DNA of 64,000 bases, taken from NCBI GenBank assembly GCA_963775425.1, contig CAVZJB010000008.1, positions 355,424 to 419,423 on the forward strand, written 5' to 3'. The stretch comes from an uncultured delta proteobacterium. Lineage in GTDB: Bacteria > Myxococcota > UBA727 > VGSZ01. Under the pieces are notes generated by a model that ran no database searches, was not told the origin of the DNA, and worked only from the letters and a program-made list of their open reading frames with translations. This document shows, piece by piece, positions 52,487 through 61,806 of this stretch. A program made the position numbers and the translations under genes. How positions within the stretch are numbered: the first letter of the stretch is position 1; the number at the start of each line of letters is the position of its first letter.

Positions 52487-54874
52487 TCATTGCAGGATGC
52501 CGGTCTGCACGACGTCGTCGTCGTTTCCAGAGCCCTGCGCGTTGCGCTCGCTCGTGTGCTGCTCCTGGTTGAAGTCGATGCTGCCATCCGGCTGGATGGT
52601 CCCTTGGAAGCCGGCGCCGGACGTCACCGTGTCTGTGGTGCTCTCACACGGCGTTGTGTGGGTGAAGGTCATGGGTGCTTGCATCGTCACGAGCAAGCCG
52701 CCCCCGAAGACGGTCACGAACACGGGAAGACCGAGGTCGCCCGTGACCGTGTCGTCCACCGACACCGCACACGGGTCGGTCTGTCCAGAGTCGGTTTTTC
52801 GAAAGGTGCTCGAGTAGGTCCCCGCGACGGAGACAGCCTCATACGTTCCGTCTCCGATCTCTCTTAGGGCCACATCGACGACGACTTCGTCGTGTGTGGT
52901 CTCGTGGAGCTCCTGGGGGCCGCCGAAGTCGTAGTAGTTGTCCTGCAAGTGGTCGTGCGTGAGGGCGATGGTGCCGCTGACGACGCGATGGTCCACGCTG
53001 ACCTGTGCCGACTTGATGATGTCGACCCCGTTTACGGGGAGCCTTCCGGTGACGGTGAGGGTGCCAGCGCTCGAGGGTGCGGTGAGGGTCGCGCAGGCGG
53101 CGCCGCTGTCGTCCGTGGTCATGCTGGCGGCGAGCGTGCCGCCCGTCGTCGTCAAGGCGATAAGCTGGCCAGCGATGGGCGTGCCGCGCGAGAACACGGT
53201 CGCGCACACGGACGTGCTCTCGTTGACCTGGACGCTGTTCGGGTCCACGGAGAGGTCGAACTGCGCATCGCCGTCGAGCGTCACCGCGATCGTCCCCTGC
53301 GAGGTGCTGGCACCGTCCGGCAGCGTGGCGCGCGCGATGATGCCGACGTCCTTGTCACCGAGCACGAAGGGGTTCGGCGCCGTGTAGTGGATGCACGACG
53401 CTCCCGTGGTGGTGCCCGACGACAGAAAGTCGATGGCGCCCACGGGCTCCTGGCGATCCCACTCCACGCTGAAGTCATCGATGACGTTGCCGACCGCATC
53501 CTTGACCTGCGCGCACACGGTGACCTCAGCGCCGGGCGTGTCGACGATCGGCGGGGTTGCCGTCAGCTCCAGGGTGACGGGCTCCTGCACGAAGAAGGTC
53601 CCCGGCGCGATGTCGATCGCGGCGAACGCAGCGTCGGCGGACTGCGCGGTCACGACGACGCGGACGGCGCGCGGCCGATCGACGTCGGGTCGCGTGAACA
53701 CCTTGCCCGAGACGCGCCCGTCGCTGTCGGTGGCCTGCGACGACGTCTCGGGCGTGGCTCCGGTGGCGTCGAAGCTCAAGACCCCCTGGGCACCGATAAC
53801 CACGTTGTTGGGCCCCCTCAGCTCGAAGCGGCTCGAGAGCGTGACCGCCGCGTCCGAGGGCGCCAGCTGAGACGGTCCGTCGAGCGCCAACACGAAGCGC
53901 ACGCAGAAGTCGAGGACGGGAACGTCGACACCCGCCTGAATGAAGTCGGCCTGGAGCTCGACCGGAACGTTGAGCCACGCGGTCAGATCGGTGGGCTCGA
54001 TGACGTCGCGACCGGGGATGCAGCGCGGCGCCATCCTGTCGCGATAGAGCTCGATGCCGGCGTCCGACACGGCGGTCTGCCCCTCGAGCTGCAGAGTCCC
54101 CAGAGTCGTCTCGCTGCCTGGCGCGTCGGCGAAATCCTGGAGGGTCAGCCGGTCGACCGCGACACTGAAGCGTGCGAACGCGCGCGTCGCCGCGTGGAAC
54201 GCATCGACGCTGCGCGGGACCTCGGCAATGCGCGGCTCCACGATCTGGTGGTACTGGGTCCCGAGCGCAAACGCCTGCGCCTCCAGTGCCGCGGTGACTG
54301 CCGCCAGCGCCTCCTCCTCTGCCGACAACGCCGCAGAGGCCTCGGACGCGCTTGCGATGGCGGCGTTCGAGAAATGCAGGACCGGCATGGAGAAGCCATC
54401 CTCCGTGGGCGCGGCGAACACCATCTCGACGCCGGCCACGCCCTCCTGGAAGGCGAGCCCGACCATTACGCCCGACGCGGGAATGGTCGCGGTGAGAAAC
54501 GCCGGGACCGAGAAGGCGAGGCCGTCCGGCTCGAAGCGCACCACCGCCGCGTTCGGGAGCTGCGCGCTGGTCGCCTCCCGCAGCGTGACCTCAACGTCCT
54601 CCGCCACGGCGCCGGGCGGAATCTCGAGCGCATAGGTGAAGCGGGTTCCCACCAGGGTGAGCAGAGCCCCTGCGTCCGGTGTGGCGATCTCGGTGACCGC
54701 CGAACCAGTCGTGGCCGTCGTCAGCGGTAGCTCTCCCTCTCCCTCTCCCTCTCCCTCTCCCTCTCCCGAACCTTCGCCTGCATCGGTCGGTTCGGCGGTT
54801 GGCGGCGAGATGCACGCGAGGGAGCCACACAACGCGGCGACGGCCGAGAACGGGAGGCGCATCTTGGAGCTCAT
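52487..54874 (-). CDS. Lipoprotein with (GE)n linker, ZU5-like and Ig-like domains, copy 1
   Basis: GSLAC lipobox, LEIPPGAV...FEPDGLAF, Ig-like TTDDSG motifs. Confidence 0.75.
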   Translation of the reverse strand: MSSKMRLPFSAVAALCGSLACISPPTAEPTDAGEGSGEGEGEGEGEGELPLTTATTGSAVTEIATPDAGALLTLVGTRFTYALEIPPGAVAEDVEVTLREATSAQLPNAAVVRFEPDGLAFSVPAFLTATIPASGVMVGLAFQEGVAGVEMVFAAPTEDGFSMPVLHFSNAAIASASEASAALSAEEEALAAVTAALEAQAFALGTQYHQIVEPRIAEVPRSVDAFHAATRAFARFSVAVDRLTLQDFADAPGSETTLGTLQLEGQTAVSDAGIELYRDRMAPRCIPGRDVIEPTDLTAWLNVPVELQADFIQAGVDVPVLDFCVRFVLALDGPSQLAPSDAAVTLSSRFELRGPNNVVIGAQGVLSFDATGATPETSSQATDSDGRVSGKVFTRPDVDRPRAVRVVVTAQSADAAFAAIDIAPGTFFVQEPVTLELTATPPIVDTPGAEVTVCAQVKDAVGNVIDDFSVEWDRQEPVGAIDFLSSGTTTGASCIHYTAPNPFVLGDKDVGIIARATLPDGASTSQGTIAVTLDGDAQFDLSVDPNSVQVNESTSVCATVFSRGTPIAGQLIALTTTGGTLAASMTTDDSGAACATLTAPSSAGTLTVTGRLPVNGVDIIKSAQVSVDHRVVSGTIALTHDHLQDNYYDFGGPQELHETTHDEVVVDVALREIGDGTYEAVSVAGTYSSTFRKTDSGQTDPCAVSVDDTVTGDLGLPVFVTVFGGGLLVTMQAPMTFTHTTPCESTTDTVTSGAGFQGTIQPDGSIDFNQEQHTSERNAQGSGNDDDVVQTGILQ

Positions 54875-55429
54875 CCCGGCATGGTACCACTGCCGAGCGG
54901 CGTCACCGCTTCGAGCTGGGGCTCGCGCCTCGCTGACCGCTGGCCCGGAAGCTGTTGGACGCGCGGTCGACCAAGCTGAGCTTGTGCCCTTCTCCATCGG
55001 CGACCGAGTCGACATCACCTGGCGGGGCCGGGCACCGGCAGATGTCGACGGGGGCCTCCCGCTCGATCGCAGGAGGCGCGTCTTCTCGATCGGACCCTTT
55101 CGCGTGCTGCGCGAGGGGTACGACGAGAGCAAGGGCTGCCACGCCCGCGGCTTCCACAACGACGCGCTTCTCCGCTCGAGCGTGACGCGCCACGCGTTGA
55201 GCGCCCCATGCCGGCGCCCCATGCCGGTGTAGAGTCCCTCATGGCGCATCGTTTCTTTCCCGTCGTCGCGGCTCTCGCGCTCGTCTCACCGTTGGTCGTC
55301 GCGGGCAGCGCATCGTGCTCGAACCCAATCTCCTGCCCCGCGATCGAGCATCACGGGCGACATCGACTGCACCCCACCTGAGCGTTGCGTCTTTGAAGGA
55401 TGTCCCGACATTGCCGGCAATCGCGAAGG

Positions 55430-55710
55430 CGCCTGCATTGCTGACGCCGTCGCCGGTGAAGTCGCCGAAGCGCAGCTTGTTCATCGCGAACGATGAGCTC
55501 TGCGCGTGCTGCCAATTCGGCGCCGACAGCGGCGTCACCAACCACTCGCCGTTCGGCGCGCGGCGAAACGCGTGCGTGGTCCGCTTGGTGCCGGTGCGGT
55601 AGTCGCGGATGCTCGGATCGAAGCGGCCGAAGGTGACCTCGGACAGCGGCGCCCCGAACGAGCCGATGCTCTGCCACGGCCCCGTGCCGTCGCTCTCGGT
55701 CAGCACGTTT
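55430..55710 (-). pseudogene. Fragment of a VCBS/FG-GAP-like repeat protein
   Basis: LRFGDFTGDGVS, VTFGRFD in a frame with no clear start or end. Confidence 0.4.
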
Positions 55711-56218
55711 CGTTTTGGTCGCCGCGTGGGTGCGGCGCCTGGGTGCCATCGCGCTCTCACGCGATGAGGTCTGCGCTGCGCGCAGACGGCGGCCGGGTGC
55801 GCTCTCTGTCGGGCTGCGGGAGCGAGCGCGTCGACGCCGCGCTCGGGGTGATCAGCACGTGAGCTGCACCCGCTCAGCGTTCTCCGTGGGCGGCGACGAG
55901 GTTCACGGCGATGGCGTGAAAGAGCCGCGCGAGGTCGCGCGCGAAGTCGCGGCGAAAGCCGCAGAGCTCCGGGGCGGAGGCGATGGCGCGGTCGACGGCC
56001 GGCGCGGGGTGGGCGTAGGGCCACAGGCCGGTGACGACCACCGCGCCATCGTTCAGGAGCTGGACGGCGTCCGCTGGTTTCTTCCCTGCGCGGCCCGCTC
56101 CGACCTTGTCGGCCATCGTGAAGAAGATTGACGCCAACGGGAAGGGTCCCGAGCAACCATCGGGCACGCTCGACGAAGCCAGGCTGGCAGGTCGCAGAGA
56201 TCGTGCGAGCGTGGCGCG

Positions 56219-57874
56219 AATCCGAAGAGGCGCATTCGGATTGACATCGTCGGTTGCGTCATGCGCGAGCTGCGGCGATGGCAACAGGGTCGCTGCCCTC
56301 CGGCTACGCGCCGCGCCTCGGTGAGTGCTCCCCGCTGCATCGCGCCGTGCGTGACAGCGTCGAGACGTTCCTCGCCGACGCGCGTGAGCGCAGCGAGCAC
56401 GGGTTCGGCGTGCCGCGGTTCGTCGAGGAAGAGCTCCGCGGCTTCCTGCGCTGCGGGGTGCTGGCCTACGGCTTCGCGCGCGTTCGCTGCGGCGGGTGCG
56501 GGAACGAGCTGCTGGTCGGTTTCTCGTGCAAAGGCCGCGCGGTGTGTCCGTCGTGCACCGGGCGGCGCGCCAGCGACTGCGCCGCCCACCTCGTCGACGC
56601 GGTGCTGCCGCACGTCCCGGTGCGGCAGTGGGTGCTCACGTTCCCGCGCCGGCTGCGCTTCGCGCTCGCGCGGGACGCAGCGCTGTGCACCAAGGTCATC
56701 GCGGTCTGGCTGCGCGCGCTCGAGGGCTTCCACCGTCGCCGGGCGCGCGACCGCGGTTTCTCGTCGACGGCGGGCGGGGCGGTGACTTTCGCGCAAAGGT
56801 TCGGCTCAGCCTTGGATCTCAACGTCCATCTGCACACGGTGCGACCCGACGGGGTGTTCGCGTTGCCCGCACCCGACGAGGAGCGGCCGTCGTTCGTGCC
56901 CCTCGACCCGCCCGAGCACAGCGAGCTCGAGGCGCTGCTCGCCCGCATCGTCCAGCGCGTGCGCCGGTGCGTGGAGCGGCACTGCGAAGGGCGCGACGAC
57001 CACTTCGCCGCCGACGTCCTCGCCGCGCTCGCGGCCGCGTCGGTCGCCGGCAAGAGCTCCGCGGACGCCGCCGTCGAGCGGCGGCAGGGTCGCTTCGAGG
57101 CCTTCCTCGACGGATTCTCGTTGCACTGCGGCGTCCACCTGCACGCCGGCGACCGCGCCGGCATCGAGCGCCTCTGTCGCTACGGCGCCCGGGGGCCGCT
57201 CACCCTGGGGCGCCTCAGCCGCGACGATGACGGCCGCTTCCGCTACCGCATGAAGCGCACCGTGCGCGGAAAGGTAGAGCTCGTCCTCACGGGCGTCGAG
57301 CTCGTCGCCAAGCTGGCGATCCTCATCCCGCCGCCCCGCGTCCACCTCACGCGCTTCCACGGCGTCTTTGCGCCCAACGCCAAGCTCCGTTCGCTCGTCG
57401 TGAAGAAGCCGCCAACGCCGCGGCCCCCAGCTCCTTCACCCGTCGTCGATGCCGCGGCCGCAATCCCACTGCCGCCGCGACAGCTGAGGCCGTTTCGCAT
57501 CGACTGGGCCTCGCTCCTCAGGCGCGTGTTCGCCGTCGACGTTCTCGCATGTCCCCGCTGCGACGGGCGCATGCGCGTCCTCGCCGTGGTCGACCAGCCT
57601 GACGCGGTGACGAAGATCCTCGATCACCTCGGCCTGCCGTCGGTGCCTCTCGACACCGCGCCCGCCCGCGGGCCTCCTCAAAAAGACCTCGCCTTCGACG
57701 TCGCCTGATCCCCCGCCGCCGCGTGGGCCCGCTGCGGCGCCCCCGGAGCGCCCACCGCGGAACGCCCCGAGCCGTGCGCCGATCCGACGCGGCGCGCTAC
57801 CATCTGCAAGCATGGCCGCCGCCCAAAGTCACGCCGGTCCGCGCGCGAAAAGGGGCCTTTGTTTCGCCTATCAG
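56219..57874 (+). mobile_element. IS91/ISCR-like element
   Basis: Upstream hairpin AATCCGAA-N8-TTCGGATT next to TTGACA; downstream end shared by three copies, ending ...CCTATCAG; left boundary uncertain. Confidence 0.7.
56278..57708 (+). CDS. IS91/ISCR family rolling-circle (HUH) transposase
   Basis: Zn finger RCG...RCGGC...[21 protein letters not shown] motif NVHLH, LCRYGAR, C-terminal CPRC. Confidence 0.92.
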   Translation: MATGSLPSGYAPRLGECSPLHRAVRDSVETFLADARERSEHGFGVPRFVEEELRGFLRCGVLAYGFARVRCGGCGNELLVGFSCKGRAVCPSCTGRRASDCAAHLVDAVLPHVPVRQWVLTFPRRLRFALARDAALCTKVIAVWLRALEGFHRRRARDRGFSSTAGGAVTFAQRFGSALDLNVHLHTVRPDGVFALPAPDEERPSFVPLDPPEHSELEALLARIVQRVRRCVERHCEGRDDHFAADVLAALAAASVAGKSSADAAVERRQGRFEAFLDGFSLHCGVHLHAGDRAGIERLCRYGARGPLTLGRLSRDDDGRFRYRMKRTVRGKVELVLTGVELVAKLAILIPPPRVHLTRFHGVFAPNAKLRSLVVKKPPTPRPPAPSPVVDAAAAIPLPPRQLRPFRIDWASLLRRVFAVDVLACPRCDGRMRVLAVVDQPDAVTKILDHLGLPSVPLDTAPARGPPQKDLAFDVA

Positions 57875-59056
57875 TACGCTCCGCCGATTTTCCCGTTCAC
57901 GCTGGGCCGTCGCACGCATCGACGACGCGGGAGTGCTCGCAGAGCGACAACAGCACGGGCGACCGCTTGGACGACCCAGTCCGTTGGAGAGATAGTGCAG
58001 TCGCGATCGAGTCCCACCATGCGGCTCCGGCCACGCCGAACCAGAGCGCGTACAAAAGCCTGAAGGCAGCGAGCTCCACGTCGTCGTCGCCCGCGCAGCG
58101 CGCGGGAAGATGAAGCCCGTCAGCGCCGACGATCGGAACGTCGGCTCGGACGGGTCAGGGCTAAGGCGTCGCCAGGCGCTGTCGCGGGCGCCGGGCCGGG
58201 CTGCACCCGCCATGTGCCGTTGGCCGCTCCTCCGCAGCGACACCAAGCAGCCGTCAACGCCCGTCGGCCGGCGCCACGACTGTTGAACGCGGCCCAAGAA
58301 GGGACCACTTGCCGCACCGCCAGTCCCCCACCTCAGCTCGCCGTCCGGCGTTTCAATGGCGGTTTCGTCCCCCACCTCCACTCGTCGGATCTCAAGATCG
58401 CGAAGAACCTCGTCGTGTCGGAGCTGACGTCGAATGGGGAAGAGCAACGCACCCACGCCTCTGCCATGAGTTCCGCAGATGGCGAGCACACAGCGAAGTG
58501 CGCCGCCAGCGAGGCCGGCGGTCGGTGCATCTTCGTCGTCGACACCCCCGCGCAGATGGCCTCTTGCCAGCTGCGTGAGTTGCCGCGCGGCAACTGGTTG
58601 CCCTGCGGCAACCGGCGACGGTCTTTCGCCTACTGGCCTAACCAGCTCTTGTCGGGATCTATTTCGCAGCTCGGCGCTTTGGCCAGCCGAGCGCGGATCA
58701 AGCGCCCCGGCCTGGGTGACGATCCCGCGCCTCGGGTGTCGCTCCTCGCTCGCTGCCTGGGGGCCTTCGCCGCCGTCGGGTGGGGGACACCAACGCCGCG
58801 GTCAACACGCCACGACGCGGCCGCGGCATGTTGTTGCCGGTTCGGAGAGAAGGTTCTGCCGGGCAGTTGCGCCGCTCCACAAAAGCGGTCGCGCGTACGT
58901 CTAGTTCGTGGGGCTCAGCCCGTCGATCCCACAGCGAACGACGACGTGCACGTCGCGCCCGCTGATCGAGCTCCGGGCCGTAGCCGAACGTCGTCGTTTC
59001 GCTCATTCCTCCGGTCCACGTGATGCTGCGCAGCAGACCCTGCGACGTCGCGCCCT

Positions 59057-59560
59057 CTAACGGCCGACGAATGACATCCTGTGAACTTTCTTGAACATCT
59101 TTCCGTCGATGCGGATCTTCGCGAAAAAAGTCTCGCCGACAGGGCCAGACCTCGTGTTCAGCAGCTCTGGGCCATGCCGAAAAAAGACCCATTTTTGATC
59201 ATGTGAAACCCCGAATATTTGCACAGGATGGTAATCGCCGAAATCACCAATTCTCGTCATTTTGTTTTCTAACAGGTCCATGGCACACAGAACGCATTCG
59301 CACCCGACACCGTCAAGTTGTAGTCGAGCCTCTATAACAAACAGCATGTGACCGGATAGGAGTATTTGTTCCCACGATGTTGTTTTCGCATCGAGTGGGC
59401 CGAGATGAACGTACGTCGCGTTCCGGCGGAGGTAGACGGACCTCCTCTCCTTTTCAGCAACATGGATTATCTGGTTCCGCGAACCACCCAAACGGCTCAG
59501 GATTTTCCCTTTCGGTAGCCGCTTCTTCCTTAGCACACGATCGGTTCGACTCGTGTTCAT
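59057..59560 (-). CDS. Putative immunity protein of the Rhs toxin
   Basis: ATGA overlap with toxin stop; much lower GC than flanks. Confidence 0.6.
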   Translation of the reverse strand: MNTSRTDRVLRKKRLPKGKILSRLGGSRNQIIHVAEKERRSVYLRRNATYVHLGPLDAKTTSWEQILLSGHMLFVIEARLQLDGVGCECVLCAMDLLENKMTRIGDFGDYHPVQIFGVSHDQKWVFFRHGPELLNTRSGPVGETFFAKIRIDGKMFKKVHRMSFVGR

Positions 59561-61790
59561 GGTCCGAACGGCCCCCCGGCGGAGAAGACTCTCTTACACT
59601 TGTACGGGCTGTTGTTGACATTGAACTGCCCTCCGATGGAGTACGGACAGGCTACCTGAAAACGACACGGACCCGAGCACGTGGTGACGTCACACTCATA
59701 TACCTCTCTGAACATGTCGTTCGTCACGTACGTGCAGATTGGTGGAGCGCCATGGGCGTAAATTACATATTTCGTACCCCAACCCATCCGATAGCGGTTC
59801 TTCGCTAGGGTCCCAGCACCACCACCACCACTAGAGCTAGAGCCACCACCGCCACCACTGCCTCCACCATCGGTCAAGCCGCAGAACCAGCCGAAGTTCG
59901 CGCACGTCCACGCCACGAACGTCTGCGGCTCCCCCCTCGTGCTGTGAGAGTCTTGGTCATCGTCGTCGGTCGTCTGCTGCTGGCATTCGGGATCCGTCGG
60001 ATGTTTCTCGCAGTAGTCGTCGCTCAGGCCACCTCCGCCGCCACCACTGTGTCGGCCTGGTACCGGCTCGACATGGATGAGCGCATTTGGATCGATTGCC
60101 CGCCCATCAGGATCTGTGAATGCGAACGGTTCGCCAGCCGCGTAGCCGTACGCCTGCGCGCCGAAATGTTCGTAGGACGTGCCCATGGCGAGCGGGTCTG
60201 GTCCGGTGAACTGTCCGAGGTCGGGGATGTAGTCGCGCCAGCCCTCGTTGTAGACGCCGCCGGCGTCGACGTACTGACCAGGGTACCGCCAGTTCCAGAT
60301 CGGGTTTGGGCTGGCCGCAGAGTCGATCACCTCGTCACCGCCGGAGTAGCTGGACGCGCCCCAGGCGTCTGAAATGTAGCGCTTGAGGCGCGCTCCGCTC
60401 GTCGTCGAGATCTTCCGCACGAGGCCCATGCGATCCGTGTGGAGGTGGAACGCGGTTGGCCCGTAGTTCGGGTTGACGAGGGTCCCCACCTGCGCCACCG
60501 GCGATCCTCCGAAGAGGACGTTGTCACCCGTCCACGCAAGCGAACCAGCGGCGAGCGTCTCTTCGAGAGGGAGGCGCCCTTCGGCATAACGGAAGCGGCC
60601 CACCGCCGAGCCCGCAGGATAGGCGAGGGCCACGCGGCGCTTCTCCGCGTCGTAGCTCGAGGTGTACGTGCCTGCCGAGGTCGTCACCGTCGTCGTCTCA
60701 AGCTCGGGGCCGTAGCCGAACGTCGTCGTTCCGCTCATTCCTCCGGTCCACGTGATGCTCCGAAGGAGCCCAGCGACGTCGCCGGTGGACCCGTCCCAGG
60801 TGTAGTCGAGCGACGCCGACACGCTCCCGCCGGTGCGGCCCGCCACGCGCTCCCAGTCGGTCGAGTCGTAGCTGTAGGACCCATGTGAGTCGCTCGCCTT
60901 CGTCCCGTCTGCCGCGTAGCTGATTGTCTCTGTCGTCCCATCGTCGACCCAGGAGCTCAGCAGAATCCCTGACGTCCTTGTAGACGTAGCTGCGGGTCTT
61001 ATTGCCGGTCGTCGTGTGGCTGAGCCAGGTGTCCGATGACGACACGTCGCGCTCCTTGACCAAGTCGCCGTCGCCATCATAGCCGTCGCCGACGTAGGTC
61101 GTGTAGTACTTCACGTCGGACCATGTCGACCCGCTGTATTTGTCGAGGATCTCCGCGGTGCGCCCGAGGAGATCGCGCGTGATGGTCCGCGCGTTCGAGG
61201 AGCTCCCCTGCCAATACCAGCCCGAGACCGCGCCGGACGGCTCGTACGTGGCGTTCGTCAGACTGAAGCTCCCCTGCGACGTCGACACCCCTGTGGGTCG
61301 CTCCTTGTCGTTCCCGTAGCTGTAGGTCGCCACCATGCCCGAAGGATACGTGATCGAGACGAGCTCTTGCGTGCCCGAGTTGTCGTATGTGAAGTCGATC
61401 GGCACCAGGCTCGACGCGCTGAACGATGACAGCGGGCCATCGTGCTGCACGACGCTGATGACGCGGCCAAGGGCGTCGTACCGGTAAAACGTCGCGTTGC
61501 CGTACTGGCGGTCCTCCACGTACGCCAACCGGCCGCGGTTGAACGCGCTGTCGAGCGTGTACGACTTGCCTGGAGGCGACGCGCTCTCGTACGTCGAGTT
61601 GTCCTTCTCGTCCCACTTGTAGAGCCGCAGCGTTGTCGAGGTCAGCGCGTCCTCCACGATGACGGGTCGGCCCAGACCGTCGTAGCCCGTGACGATGTCC
61701 GCGCGGGCCGTGCCGTCCTTGTCGTTGACGATCCGCTCGGAGACGTGGCCGGTGTCGAGGTACGCGTACTCGACGCTCTGACCCGCCGAT
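59557..61790 (-). pseudogene. Orphan, frameshifted Rhs/YD-repeat toxin with Cys-rich C-terminal domain
   Basis: YDALGR/YDGLGR repeats, WRYPGQY...RDY.PDLGQF..PDP...YGYA..P..FTDPDG core; frame switch near 60965; N-terminus missing. Confidence 0.85.
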
Positions 61791-61806
61791 GAGCGGTCCT
61801 CCGCGA

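Noticed and set aside
54880-55240. Possible small plus-strand gene
   Set aside because: No convincing start, RBS or domain, so it is not called.
57900-58960. Several 60-270 aa ORFs downstream of the IS91 element
   Set aside because: No recognisable motifs or consistent codon bias; probably decayed sequence.
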